Positions 30,870 through 41,873 are shown, numbered from the stretch's first letter. The stretch: 64,000 nt of DNA from Vulcanimicrobiota bacterium (GCA_963723515.1 CAVRQT010000003.1:704001-768000), one strand, 5' to 3'. Program-made: numbers and translations. Notes: generated from the sequence alone by a model not told the origin.

Positions 30870-31168
30870 CAATCTGCAATCGCTTGCAGCCTAGACTATA
30901 TCTTCATCTCTTTCAAGAGCGTTGCGTCTTATGAACGCGATAGATTTTCGTGGCGCTTCAACAGCGTGACACGAACGCACGTTCATCCAGCACTTTCGCG
31001 CTGAGTCGTTACAGGGAAAAATCGCGTAGCATGCTTCGCAATGCGAAGTTTAGCCCGACAATAACGCCGGCGATTTTTCTTCCCTCGGTGTTGCCTGCTA
31101 TAAGAGGAATTTCACCGATATGAGCAACGAGTTTGCCATCCGATCGCTCGGATGGAGAGCCCGAGTGG
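30870..31168 (-). ncRNA. group I intron, 299 nt, ORF-less, after E. coli-equivalent U2473
   Basis: Splits CCAAGAGT^CCACATCGACG; exon U, terminal G; P1 AGAGU/GCUCU, P4 UCGGUG/CACCGA, R AACGACU, S AAGAUAUAGUCU; GCGA-looped P2 and P9. Confidence 0.9.
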
Positions 31169-31343
31169 ACTCTTGGGGGAGATAAGCCTGTTATCCCCAG
31201 AGTAGCTTTTATCCGATAAGCGACGGCCCTTCCATTCGGTACCGCCGGATCACTTAGCCCTGCTTTCGCACCTGCTCGACCTGTCCGTCTCGCAGTCAAG
31301 CTCCCTTTTGCCTATACACTCTAACGAACGGTTTCTGACCGTC

Positions 31344-31413
<70 letters not shown>

Positions 31414-31669
31414 CATGTCCTACCGCCAGATAATGGCGGCTAGTTAGAATCCAGAAATTTTCAGGGTGGTATCCCAAGGTTGGCTCCGCGCGAGCTAGCG
31501 CCCGCGCCTCATCGCCTCCCACCTATCCTGTACAGAAAACTTCCGAACCCAAGATCAGGGTACAGTAAAGCTTCATGGGGTCTTTCCGTCCTGCCGCGGG
31601 TAACCAGCATCTTCACTGGTACTGCAATTTCGCCGGGATCCCCATCGAGACAGCGCCCAAGTCGTTACT

Positions 31670-31711
<42 letters not shown>

Positions 31712-31986
31712 CGCTTTTTTCCGGCGCTTTCACGCCGGAGCGGACTCTATCTTCATCCAGTAAGAGAATCGCGGACGATTCAACTCGTTTCTGGAGCTCA
31801 GCGTATAGTCTCTGAGGATCCTCCGCATCAACAGATGCGAAGTTTCCTGCGGATTGTCCAATCCCAAACCATTGTTACTGCTCGTTAATGCAAACGAACG
31901 AGTAGGTTGGGCTCTAAAGGATATTCCCGCATACAGCTGAGTTGATCGATCGCACGTTACCGCGCGACGAGGCAACGATTGTTGTC
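31712..31986 (-). ncRNA. group I intron, 275 nt, ORF-less, at L1931
   Basis: Splits CCTAAGGT^AGCGAAATTCC; P UAUGCGGGAA, Q AAUCCGCAGG, R UCAGAGACUA, S AAGAUAGAGUCC; P3 CUCAGC/GCUGAG; terminal G. Confidence 0.93.
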
Positions 31987-32503
31987 ACCTTAGGACGGTT
32001 ATAGTTACCGCCGCCGTTTACTGGGGCTTCAGATCAAAGCTTTGGGCTTGCGCCCTAACCTCTCCCTTTAACCTTCCAGCACCGGGCAGGAGTCAGCCCC
32101 TATACGTCTGCTTTCGCATTCGCAGAGACCTGTGTTTTTGTTAAACAGTCGCTTGGGCCTATTTTCTGCGACCTTCATCGGCTTTCGTTGTGAAAACTAG
32201 TCCGACAAAGGCACCCCTTCTCCCAAAGTTACGGGGTCAATTTGCCGAGTTCCTTAACAGGGATTCTCCCGTCGCCTTAGCATGCTCTGCCAGTCTACCT
32301 GTGTCGGTATGCGGTACGGGCACCTATGATCCTAGCTAGAGACTTTTCTTGGCAGCGTAGAGTCCGTCACTTCGAATCCGAAGATCCTCGTGTTCACTTC
32401 TCGGAGTTAGCCACACGGATTTTCCTATGTGACCTCCTACCAGCTTAAACGCACGCGTCCATCGGTGCGCTGACGTATCTTCCTGCGTCATCCCTTCGCT
32501 ACA

Positions 32504-32569
32504 ACAACTTTTCCGATCGATAACAACGTCGCGGGTCACGCTCAGTTGTTACGGATTCGGAAAAGTCGT
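32504..32569 (-). other. about 66-nt hairpin insertion in 23S domain III (H54/H55 junction)
   Basis: ACTTTTCCGA...TCGGAAAAGT long stem between CCACCGATGACCGTT and TGTAGCGAAGGGATGACGCAGG. Confidence 0.7.
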
Positions 32570-33503
32570 AACGGTCATCGGTGGTAGCAGAATATGAACT
32601 GCTTGTGCATCGCCTACGCTTCTCAGCCTCGGCTTAGCTCCCGACTCACCCTGAGACGATTGACGTTGCTCAGGAAACCTTAGACTTCCGGCGAGAGTGG
32701 TTCTCACACTCTTTTCTCGCTACTTATACCTGCATTCGCACTTGTAGTTCGTCCACTCGTCCTCGCGGTCGAGCTTCAGCCTACGCTACAACGCTCCCCT
32801 ACCGATGCATCTTGCGATGCATCCCAAAGCTTCGGTTAGATGCTTGAGCCCCGTTGAATTTTCGGCGCCCCATCACTCGACTAGTGAGCTATTACGCACT
32901 CTTTTAAGGATGGCTGCTTCTAAGCCAACCTCCTAGTTGTCTCGGCGACAAGACTTCCTTTCCCACTGAGCATCTATTAGGGACCTTAGCTGTTGATCTG
33001 GGCTGTTTCCCTTTTGACGATGGAGCTTATCCCCCACCGTCTGACTGCTGCGATGTGCGCCTTGGTATTCGGAGTTTGATTGGGTTCGGTAAGCCGGTAA
33101 GCCCCCTAGCCCTGTCAGTGCTCTACCCCCAAGGATTAAATCGCAACGCTAGTCCTCAAACTATTTCGGGGAGAACCAGCTATCTCCAAGCTCGATTGGC
33201 TTTTCACCCCTATCCACAAGTCATCCAATGTTTTTTCAACAACAACAGGTTCGGGCTTCCACATGAGTTTAATCATGCTTCACCCTGCTCATGGATAGAT
33301 CGCTTGGTTTCGGGTCTACTGATACGGACTTAAAACGCCCTATTTAGACTCGCTTTCGCTACGGCTCCGGCTCAACACCTTAACCACGCCCGTACCAAGT
33401 AACTCGCAGGTTCATTCTTCAATAGGCACGCGATCACACATATAAAAATAGTGCTTTCACGGTTTGTAAGCACGCGGTTTCATGTTCTCTTTCACTCCCC
33501 TTT

Positions 33504-33536
<33 letters not shown>

Positions 33537-34330
33537 ATGCGCTATCGGTCATCACAGAATATTTAGCCTTGGAAGATGGTCCTCCCAGTTTCAGACAGGG
33601 TTTCTCGTGCCCCGCCTTACTCACGAACAACTTCACAAGCTCGATCGATTTTGCGTACAGGACTATCACCTACTATGGTGCGGCTTTCCAGCCGGCTTCT
33701 GCTATCGATCGAGTTTTTGACTTGTGTCCAGGTGTTCAGCTCTGGAATAAGTTGTCGTTCAACCCCGTTCATGCAACGCCTGAACGCTTGCACATGAACG
33801 GTTTAGGCTGTTCCCATTTCGCTCGCCACTACTCCGGGAATCTCGTTTGATGTCTTTTCCTCCGGCTACTTAGATGTTTCAGTTCACCGGGTGCACTCTC
33901 GCGCGACTATTGAATTCATCGCGGAGTTCATGCCCATGACGGCATGAGGGTTGCCCCATTCGGAAATCCGGGGATCATCGCTTCTTAGCAGCTCCTCCCG
34001 GCTTATCGCAGCTTGGTACGTCCTTCGTCGCCTGTGATGCCAAGGTATCCACCTCGTGCTCTTATTCACTTATACTTGACTTTTTGAAATTGCATCACTT
34101 GCGCTGCGGAAAACAACGCAAATGACCGCTTCACGTGTCCGAAGACACATGAAAGTTCTTCTCTATGCAGTTTTCAATGATCGCAAGGAACCGTGCCGAT
34201 TGCTCACGTCAGATATGCGCGAAGCATCCTGAACGTGCCGGCGGCCCGTTCCCTCAAAACTGAACAGTACAGCAGTATATCGCCATTGCGCTCAACCATA
34301 CGCTCGAATCGAGCGATAGATCCCTGCGCG

Positions 34331-34352
34331 CTTCGACAAGCTCAGCGTGACA
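34331..34352 (+). repeat. REP-like repeat copy in the 16S-23S spacer
   Basis: CTTCGACAAGCTCAGCGTGACA, 21/22 identical to the reverse complement of 45869-45890. Confidence 0.75.
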
Positions 34353-34461
34353 ATCACGCTGCGTGCCCATCGGCAAGCGTTTTCGAATGGCATCGTCTGT
34401 GGTCGACTTTAAGAATGTACGCTATTGCATTTACGCTCGGCGCAAATCAATAGCACGTACT

Positions 34462-35970
<1,509 letters not shown>

Positions 35971-36265
35971 ACATTTTTTATGGAGCCGTTGTTGGCTCTA
36001 TAAACTTGTACGATCGAACTCGCTGTTGTGATGAACCGGTGGAGCCGGAGCTCACTTCGAATTCGATTTAAAAAATCTCACTGAACAAAAAGAAAAAACG
36101 CCTTTACGGCGCTTGCGTCTTTTTGGTCGGGAGACCCACAGACTTATGCGCTACTGCACTGTTCAGTTTTCAAGGAACGAACGATTGGCCCCGACCACGT
36201 CGACCGACCTACAAGCTTTAAGAGTTGAGGACGGTGGGCGCATTGGCTCCAGAGTCACGACGACC

Positions 36266-36294
36266 AGTATATAGGAGCGCCCTAGGGGCGTCAA
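36266..36294 (-). promoter_or_regulatory. rrn sigma70 promoter
   Basis: TTGACG-N17-TATACT, with boxA-like GTTCCTTGAAAACT downstream in the leader. Confidence 0.85.
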
Positions 36295-36342
36295 GGTAAC
36301 GCGACACGCGTCCTTGTGGAGAAACGCTCGCGCGATCGCCCT

Positions 36343-36918
36343 TTATAACCCGGCGGCGGTCTCCGTCGTTGCGGTGCGGCGCCGGCGCCGTTGCGCCTTT
36401 GCGCGGTTGCCGCATACGGCCATGTCACACCATGCGCCGGACCCATTTTTCGAGTGATCGTAAAACGCCCAAAGGCAGGTGTGTTGCCGGCACGCTTTCA
36501 ACCGGCGCCACGTTCCGGTGCGAAGCGCATCATAGATGGCGGCCAAGAGCCGTCCCATCGCCTGCTGTTCGCCCGAGCCGCTCGCGGCTAGCGAAGCATC
36601 CCCCGGTGTTGGGCCTAAACACATGCGTAACGGCACATGCTGTCCGAGCGCCCGGACCTGCTCCCAGCCGGCGGCCGGATCGGCTTCGCCCGTGTGGGAG
36701 AGCAGCGCGGTCCGAAGCGCTTCACGAAATTCACGCAAGCGCCCCGTGGCTGAGGGGTCAAGCGGCGCGGTTTCCTCTAGTAGGTCGTTGTCTCGCAGCC
36801 AAGCAGTCGCCGTTTCCGGCGTTGCAAGGTGATCTTCGGGTTCGTCTGTGTGGCCTGAGTTGACGAACCGGCGGACGCGCTCGAGTTCTCCCGGCGCGGT
36901 GGCATCCTTAACGCCCAT
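36343..36918 (-). CDS. ABATE/CGNR zinc-finger regulator
   Basis: RRFVNS, LREFREALR and RLKAC..C.WAFYD.SKN....WCDMAVCGNRAK. ATG 36918 is preferred because ATG 36930 abuts the -10 box. Confidence 0.92.
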   Translation of the reverse strand: MGVKDATAPGELERVRRFVNSGHTDEPEDHLATPETATAWLRDNDLLEETAPLDPSATGRLREFREALRTALLSHTGEADPAAGWEQVRALGQHVPLRMCLGPTPGDASLAASGSGEQQAMGRLLAAIYDALRTGTWRRLKACRQHTCLWAFYDHSKNGSGAWCDMAVCGNRAKAQRRRRRTATTETAAGL

Positions 36919-36930
36919 CGTTGTGTGCAT

Positions 36931-36981
36931 ACTATAGCACCACTAAAGCGTGTTGACAAGTTACTCTAACTACCGTACAAT
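36931..36981. promoter_or_regulatory. back-to-back sigma70 promoters sharing an overlapping -35
   Basis: Plus strand TTGACA(36953)-N17-TACAAT(36976); minus strand TTGTCA(36959)-N17-TATAGT(36936) with TG extension. Confidence 0.8.
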
Positions 36982-37022
36982 CTTAAGTGGTTACTGACAA
37001 AATACATAGAAAGGTTAAAATG

Positions 37023-37157
37023 ATGGCAGACCCTCGTCCAACAATCCCTCTCGTGCCCGAGCTGATCGACATCACCCGACGCATCCCGGGCCACGGTGCC
37101 GACGATGCGCTCTTCGGTGGCTGGGGCGTGCGGTTGCCCTTCGCGATCCCGCGCTAA
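37023..37157 (+). CDS. 44-aa peptide A, unknown function
   Basis: MADPRPTIPLVPELIDITRRIPGHGADDALFGGWGVRLPFAIPR*; own promoter, GAAAGG RBS and an adjacent paralogue; alternative ATG at 37020. Confidence 0.85.
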   Translation: MADPRPTIPLVPELIDITRRIPGHGADDALFGGWGVRLPFAIPR

Positions 37158-37173
37158 GGGGCGAAGGGAGCTA

Positions 37174-37235
37174 CTCTTAAACAATTAGTTGACAATCAGC
37201 TATGGCGCCCCTATACTGCTCTTAAAGAATTAGTT
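37174..37235 (+). promoter_or_regulatory. sigma70 promoter of peptide B flanked by 17-bp direct repeats
   Basis: TTGACA(37189)-N17-TATACT(37212); CTCTTAAACAATTAGTT (37174) and CTCTTAAAGAATTAGTT (37219). Confidence 0.8.
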
Positions 37236-37253
37236 TTAATAAAGGAGTGCGCC

Positions 37254-37382
37254 ATGGTTGATCCCCGCCCGACGATTCCCTTAGCGTTGCAAGCAATCCA
37301 TCGCCGGCACATTATCCCGCCGGCTGACGATGCGTTGTTCCGCGGGTGGGGCGTGCGCTCGCTCTTCTCGATCGGTCGTTAG
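37254..37382 (+). CDS. 42-aa peptide B, paralogue of peptide A
   Basis: MVDPRPTIPLALQAIHRRHIIPPADDALFRGWGVRSLFSIGR*; AAAGGAG RBS; synonymous third-position changes versus A in the conserved blocks. Confidence 0.88.
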   Translation: MVDPRPTIPLALQAIHRRHIIPPADDALFRGWGVRSLFSIGR

Positions 37383-37397
37383 ATCACAGAACGCGTC

Positions 37398-37448
37398 AAG
37401 GCGTGCCCGGCAGCAGCTTATGGGCAGTTGCAGCCGGCACGCCTTTTT
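37398..37448 (+). terminator. intrinsic terminator after peptide B
   Basis: AAGGCGTGCCCGGC...GCCGGCACGCCTTTTT. Confidence 0.8.
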
Positions 37449-37466
37449 GATTAGCTAACGTAGATC

Positions 37467-39071
37467 TCAGAATCCCTCGGCCTCTTCACCGGCGTCTTTG
37501 GCGCTCACTTTGGCTGCAACCGTCTTGGCTTGTAAGAAGAGTAAGAGGTAATCGTGACTCCCGGCTTTTGAATCCGTTCCCGACATGTTGAATCCGCCGA
37601 ACGGATGAGCTCCCACCATTGCGCCCGTACACTTCCGATTGAGATACAGATTGCCGACGAAGAACTCATCGCGCGCACGTTCGAGCTTGCGCGGGTCTTT
37701 CGAGTAAACCGACCCCGTTAGGCCGTATTCAGTGTTGTTTGCGATCCGCAGCGCATCATCAAAATCTTTGGCCTTAATCACCGCAAGCACCGGGCCGAAG
37801 ATCTCTTGTTGTGCGATCGTCGCATCGGGCGCCACATCCGCGATCACGGTCGGCTCGATGAAGTACCCAGCACCGCCGCTGCGGCGTCCGCCGGTCAGCA
37901 AGCGCCCTTCTTTTTGGCCGATCTCGATGTAGCGGCCGATCGAGGTCGCTGCGTTCTCATTGATGACCGGCCCCATGTAATTCTTTTGCTCGACCGGATC
38001 GCCGACTTGAATTTTACCGACACGATCCTGTAAGCGCGAAACGAATTCATCGTAGATCTTCTCGTCAACGATGGCGCGCGAGCACGCCGAACACTTCTGG
38101 CCTTGAAATCCAAAAGCGGAAACGGTGACGCCTTCGACTGCGGCGTCGAGATCCGCGTCGGCCGCAACGACGATCGAATCTTTGCCGCCCATCTCGGCGA
38201 CGACGCGTTTGATCCATTTCTGTCCCGGTTGCGGCTTCGCCGCCAGCTCGTTGATCCGCAAGCCAACTTCCTTCGAACCGGTAAAGGAAATGAAGCGCGT
38301 CTTCGGGTTTGTGACCAGCGCATCACCGATTGTCGAGCCCGAGCCGGGCAAGAAGTTTAAGACGCCTTGCGGCAATCCCACTTCTTCAAGCAAGTCGACA
38401 AAACGAGCCGCAATGACGGCTGAATCGCTCGAAGGCTTGAGCACGACGGTGTTGCCGGCAACGACAGCTGCAGTCGTCGTTCCCGCCATGATTGCAAACG
38501 CAAAGTTCCACGGCGGGATCACTACGCCGACGCCAAGCGGGATGTAGCGCAACTCGTTCTCTTCGCCGGCGATCGGCTCGACCGGATGTGGGCCGTCGTA
38601 GCGCAGCGCTTCGCGCGCGTAAAATTCCAGAAAGTCGATCGCTTCAGCCGTGTCGCCATCGGCTTCGGGCCACGTCTTGCCAACTTCGTACACGAGCAAC
38701 GCGTCGAATTCGAAGCGGCGTTCGCGAATGCGCTGGGCGGCTTTGAGCAGATAGCTTGCGCGCTCCGAAGCGCTGACATTCTTCCACGTTTCAAACCGGC
38801 GGGCTGCCGCGTCGATCGCGCGATTCGCCTGCTCGAGTGCCGCCGAAGCGACCAGTCCAACAACTTCCTGCGGATTGGCCGGATTGATCGACTTGATCCA
38901 GCGCTCTGTTTCTTCACGCCGGCCGTCAATGACGAGCGGATATTTCTTTCCAAAATTGCGCTTAACCGCCGCAAGGGCGCCTTCCATGGCGGCGACGTCG
39001 GCGGGATCGCTGAAGTCCTTGACCAGTTCGTTTTTGAACGGTGCGAGTGTTTTTTCCAGTGTTGCAGCCAT
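37467..39071 (-). CDS. pruA: L-glutamate gamma-semialdehyde (P5C) dehydrogenase
   Basis: FKNE N-terminus, PPWNF, AEMGGKD, GFQGQKCSACS and PFGGFNMSGTDSKAG. Confidence 0.93.
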   Translation of the reverse strand: MAATLEKTLAPFKNELVKDFSDPADVAAMEGALAAVKRNFGKKYPLVIDGRREETERWIKSINPANPQEVVGLVASAALEQANRAIDAAARRFETWKNVSASERASYLLKAAQRIRERRFEFDALLVYEVGKTWPEADGDTAEAIDFLEFYAREALRYDGPHPVEPIAGEENELRYIPLGVGVVIPPWNFAFAIMAGTTTAAVVAGNTVVLKPSSDSAVIAARFVDLLEEVGLPQGVLNFLPGSGSTIGDALVTNPKTRFISFTGSKEVGLRINELAAKPQPGQKWIKRVVAEMGGKDSIVVAADADLDAAVEGVTVSAFGFQGQKCSACSRAIVDEKIYDEFVSRLQDRVGKIQVGDPVEQKNYMGPVINENAATSIGRYIEIGQKEGRLLTGGRRSGGAGYFIEPTVIADVAPDATIAQQEIFGPVLAVIKAKDFDDALRIANNTEYGLTGSVYSKDPRKLERARDEFFVGNLYLNRKCTGAMVGAHPFGGFNMSGTDSKAGSHDYLLLFLQAKTVAAKVSAKDAGEEAEGF

Positions 39072-39159
39072 GCGTTAGACTGCGCTCAGAAATCCGGCAG
39101 TCCTTTCTTCCGCCCAAGCTTCGCCTCGGCGGGCTCAGGCGGTGATGCTTATTATTAGC

Positions 39160-39188
39160 GAAGAGGGCCGCTTCTTGCGGCCCTCTTC
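39160..39188. terminator. 12-bp perfect hairpin after rplQ
   Basis: GAAGAGGGCCGC-TTCTT-GCGGCCCTCTTC; no clear U-tract. Confidence 0.55.
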
Positions 39189-39220
39189 CTTATTTTGCGG
39201 CGCGAGCGATTGCGCTGTGG

Positions 39221-39574
39221 CTAGCGGACGAGTTCTAAGACCGAAAGTTCTGCAGCGTCGCCGGGGCGCACGCGTGACTTTGTTATGCGCGTGTAACCGC
39301 CGCTGCGGTCTTTCAAACTGGGCGCAATTTGTTCGCATAGCTTGCTGACGACTTTCGGTTCGGTCAGGTATTCAGCAACTTGGCGCCGGGACTGTAAGTC
39401 GCCGCGAGCAGCCGTCGTGATCAGCCTGTCGGCGACTTTGCTAATCTCCTTCGCTTTCGCGGTCGTCGTCTCGATCTTTTCGTGCTTGAAGAACGCCGTC
39501 GCAAGATTACGCAACATCGAGCGACGATGGCCGTCCGTACGTGAAAGGCGCCTCTGTGAGATTTGATGCGGCAT
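39221..39574 (-). CDS. rplQ: 50S ribosomal protein L17
   Basis: LSRTDGHRRSMLRNL and RSGGYTRI. Confidence 0.97.
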   Translation of the reverse strand: MPHQISQRRLSRTDGHRRSMLRNLATAFFKHEKIETTTAKAKEISKVADRLITTAARGDLQSRRQVAEYLTEPKVVSKLCEQIAPSLKDRSGGYTRITKSRVRPGDAAELSVLELVR

Positions 39575-39585
39575 AATATTCGGCG

Positions 39586-40512
39586 CTACGACTGCCGGAG
39601 GGAGAGTCCCCGCTCCTCGAGGACTTGCTTTATCTCGTCGAGCGATTTCTTCCCGAAGTTGCGCATTTCGATGATCTCGTCTTCCGACATGTCAAGCAAT
39701 TCAGAGACTTTCGAGATGCCGGCACGCTTCAGACAGTTAAACGACCGAACGGAGAGGTTGAGCGTTTCAACCGGCACGTCCCACTCGCTGACGGGCGCCG
39801 GTTGAGCAGGCTTCTCTTCGGTGCTGAAGCTTACGAAGAGATCCAGTTGCTCTTGAACGATTCGAGCGCCAATCGAGAGCGCTTCATCCGGGGTGATCGA
39901 GCCATTTGTTTCGATTTCAAGCGTGAGGCGATCGAAGTCGACGTTTTGTCCGACGCGCGTGTCGTCGACCGTGAAATTGACTTTGCGAATCGGCGAGAAG
40001 ATCGAATCAAGCGGAATGAGACCGATCATGTGCTCGACGTTGCGCTGACGATCCGCCGTGACGTAGCCGCGATGCTTTTCGACGCCGATTTCCATCGAAA
40101 GCCTTGCCCCTTTCGAACTCAAGGTGGCGATGTGGTAATCAGGATCCAAGATCTCCACGTCGGCGTCAGGCGTGACGTCCGCCGCAGTGACTTCTTTGGG
40201 CCCGGTTGCAGACAACGAAAGCACCTTGGGCTCGTCGGTGTTCATTTTCACCGGCAAGCCTTTGAGGTTGAGCATCAGATTGGTCGTGTCTTCGACGACT
40301 CCCGGAATCGTTGAGAACTCGTGCAGCACGCCATCGATTTTCATGTACGTCACTGCCGAGCCCGGAATCGAGCTGAGCAGAACGCGGCGCAGCGCATTGC
40401 CGAGCGTTATTCCGAAGCCGCGTTCCAGCGGTTCGATGATGAATTTGGCATAGTTGTCGCGGCGCTCCCGAATTTCAATTTCGGCGCCTTGCGGTGTCTC
40501 TAATACGGTCAT
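39586..40512 (-). CDS. rpoA: RNA polymerase alpha subunit
   Basis: EPLERGFGITLGNALRRVLLSS and LSVRSFNCLKR. Confidence 0.98.
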   Translation of the reverse strand: MTVLETPQGAEIEIRERRDNYAKFIIEPLERGFGITLGNALRRVLLSSIPGSAVTYMKIDGVLHEFSTIPGVVEDTTNLMLNLKGLPVKMNTDEPKVLSLSATGPKEVTAADVTPDADVEILDPDYHIATLSSKGARLSMEIGVEKHRGYVTADRQRNVEHMIGLIPLDSIFSPIRKVNFTVDDTRVGQNVDFDRLTLEIETNGSITPDEALSIGARIVQEQLDLFVSFSTEEKPAQPAPVSEWDVPVETLNLSVRSFNCLKRAGISKVSELLDMSEDEIIEMRNFGKKSLDEIKQVLEERGLSLRQS

Positions 40513-40601
40513 TGTTTTTCTATAAGTCCTTTGCTGCTCAAGTTATCCGCGGGCATCCCCGATGCCGCACGATCGTACTCCCAGCAGCGGCGTGAAGTGG
40601 T

Positions 40602-41258
40602 TTACCGCGAGTAGTATTCGACGATCAGTTGTTCCTCGACCGGAGTGTCGATCTGCTCGCGTGACGGCAGCTGCAGCACTTTGGCTGAGCTGTCTTGATC
40701 GTTGAATTCAAGCCATTCGGGTGCACGACGGCTGCGTGCGACTTCGAGGTTGGCTTGAAAGACATTGGACTTGTGAGAGCGGTCGCCGATCGTGATGACG
40801 TCGCCCGGCCTCACCATGTAGGACGGAACGTTCACGATGCGCCCATTGACTCTGAAGTGGCGATGCGTAACGAGTTGTCGCGCTTGGGCGCGGCTCGTCG
40901 CCAAATTCAGACGGTAAACGACGTTGTCGAGGCGCCGTTCCAGGAGTTGCAAGAACGTTCTGCCGGTTTGTCCCGGCACGCGTGCCGCTTCCTGAAAGTA
41001 GTTTTCGAATTGGCGTTCGATGACGCCGTAGTAGCGGCGCATCTTCTGCTTCTCGCGCAACTGGCGACCGAATTCCGAGGTCTTCTGGCGCGACTTGCCT
41101 TGCGTCTTCTGCCCCGGCGCTGTGCCGCGACGCTCGACCGCGCACTTTTTCGTTAGGCAACGGTCGCCTTTGAGAAACAGTTTGATCTTCTCGCCCGTTT
41201 TGCTCGCTGCAGTTTCGCGGCGGCACATGCGGCAGACCGGACCAACGTAGCGCGACAT
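40602..41258 (-). CDS. rpsD: 30S ribosomal protein S4
   Basis: CRMCRRE, QLREKQK and [11 protein letters not shown]. Confidence 0.98.
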   Translation of the reverse strand: MSRYVGPVCRMCRRETAASKTGEKIKLFLKGDRCLTKKCAVERRGTAPGQKTQGKSRQKTSEFGRQLREKQKMRRYYGVIERQFENYFQEAARVPGQTGRTFLQLLERRLDNVVYRLNLATSRAQARQLVTHRHFRVNGRIVNVPSYMVRPGDVITIGDRSHKSNVFQANLEVARSRRAPEWLEFNDQDSSAKVLQLPSREQIDTPVEEQLIVEYYSR

Positions 41259-41653
41259 TAAACGCGGCGCCTTTTGGGCGGGCGGCAGCCGTTGTGTGGA
41301 ATCGGCGTCACATCTTTGATCAACGTGATCTCCAAACCGGCGGCTTGCAACGACCGAATCGCCGCTTCACGGCCGGCACCGGGACCTTTCACCATAACTT
41401 CTGCCGACTTCATGCCGTGATCCATCGCTTTGCGCGCGACGGCCTCGGCAGCCATTTGCGCGGCAAACGGCGTCGATTTCTTCGAGCCCTTGAAGCCGAG
41501 ATTGCCGGCGGATGCCCATGCAATCACGCTTCCTTGATTGTCCGAAATCGTTACGACGGTGTTGTTGAACGACGAATGAATGTGAGCGACGCCCGATTGG
41601 ACGTTCTTGAACTCACGCTTCTTGCGTGATTTCGCTTGCTTTTTCGCAGCCAA
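41258..41653 (-). CDS. rpsK: 30S ribosomal protein S11
   Basis: [13 protein letters not shown] and [18 protein letters not shown]. Confidence 0.98.
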   Translation of the reverse strand: MAAKKQAKSRKKREFKNVQSGVAHIHSSFNNTVVTISDNQGSVIAWASAGNLGFKGSKKSTPFAAQMAAEAVARKAMDHGMKSAEVMVKGPGAGREAAIRSLQAAGLEITLIKDVTPIPHNGCRPPKRRRV

Positions 41654-41820
41654 ACTCTAGATGAACCTCAAATCCTTAAACTAGTACGGCAAAATTCCGA
41701 TGCCCCTTGTTGGGGCCCCGCACGCTTTGCTGGTGGGGGCGTGCAGGCGCTTGCGCCGGAACACCTGTTAAACAAGCGGGGTCCCCATTGTGCGAAGCAC
41801 ATTGGGAGTGCCAAACGCTT

Positions 41821-41849
41821 ATTCTACGGAAGGGCCGCTCTTCGGTCAA
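41821..41849 (-). promoter_or_regulatory. sigma70 promoter for rpsK-rpsD-rpoA-rplQ
   Basis: TTGACC-N17-TAGAAT. Confidence 0.8.
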
Positions 41850-41873
41850 GGGATTAAGGCGCCTCGGGCTCGG

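Noticed and set aside
37174..37235. Mini-CRISPR reading of the 17-bp direct repeats
   Set aside because: Only two short units, the intervening sequence is a promoter, and there are no cas genes.
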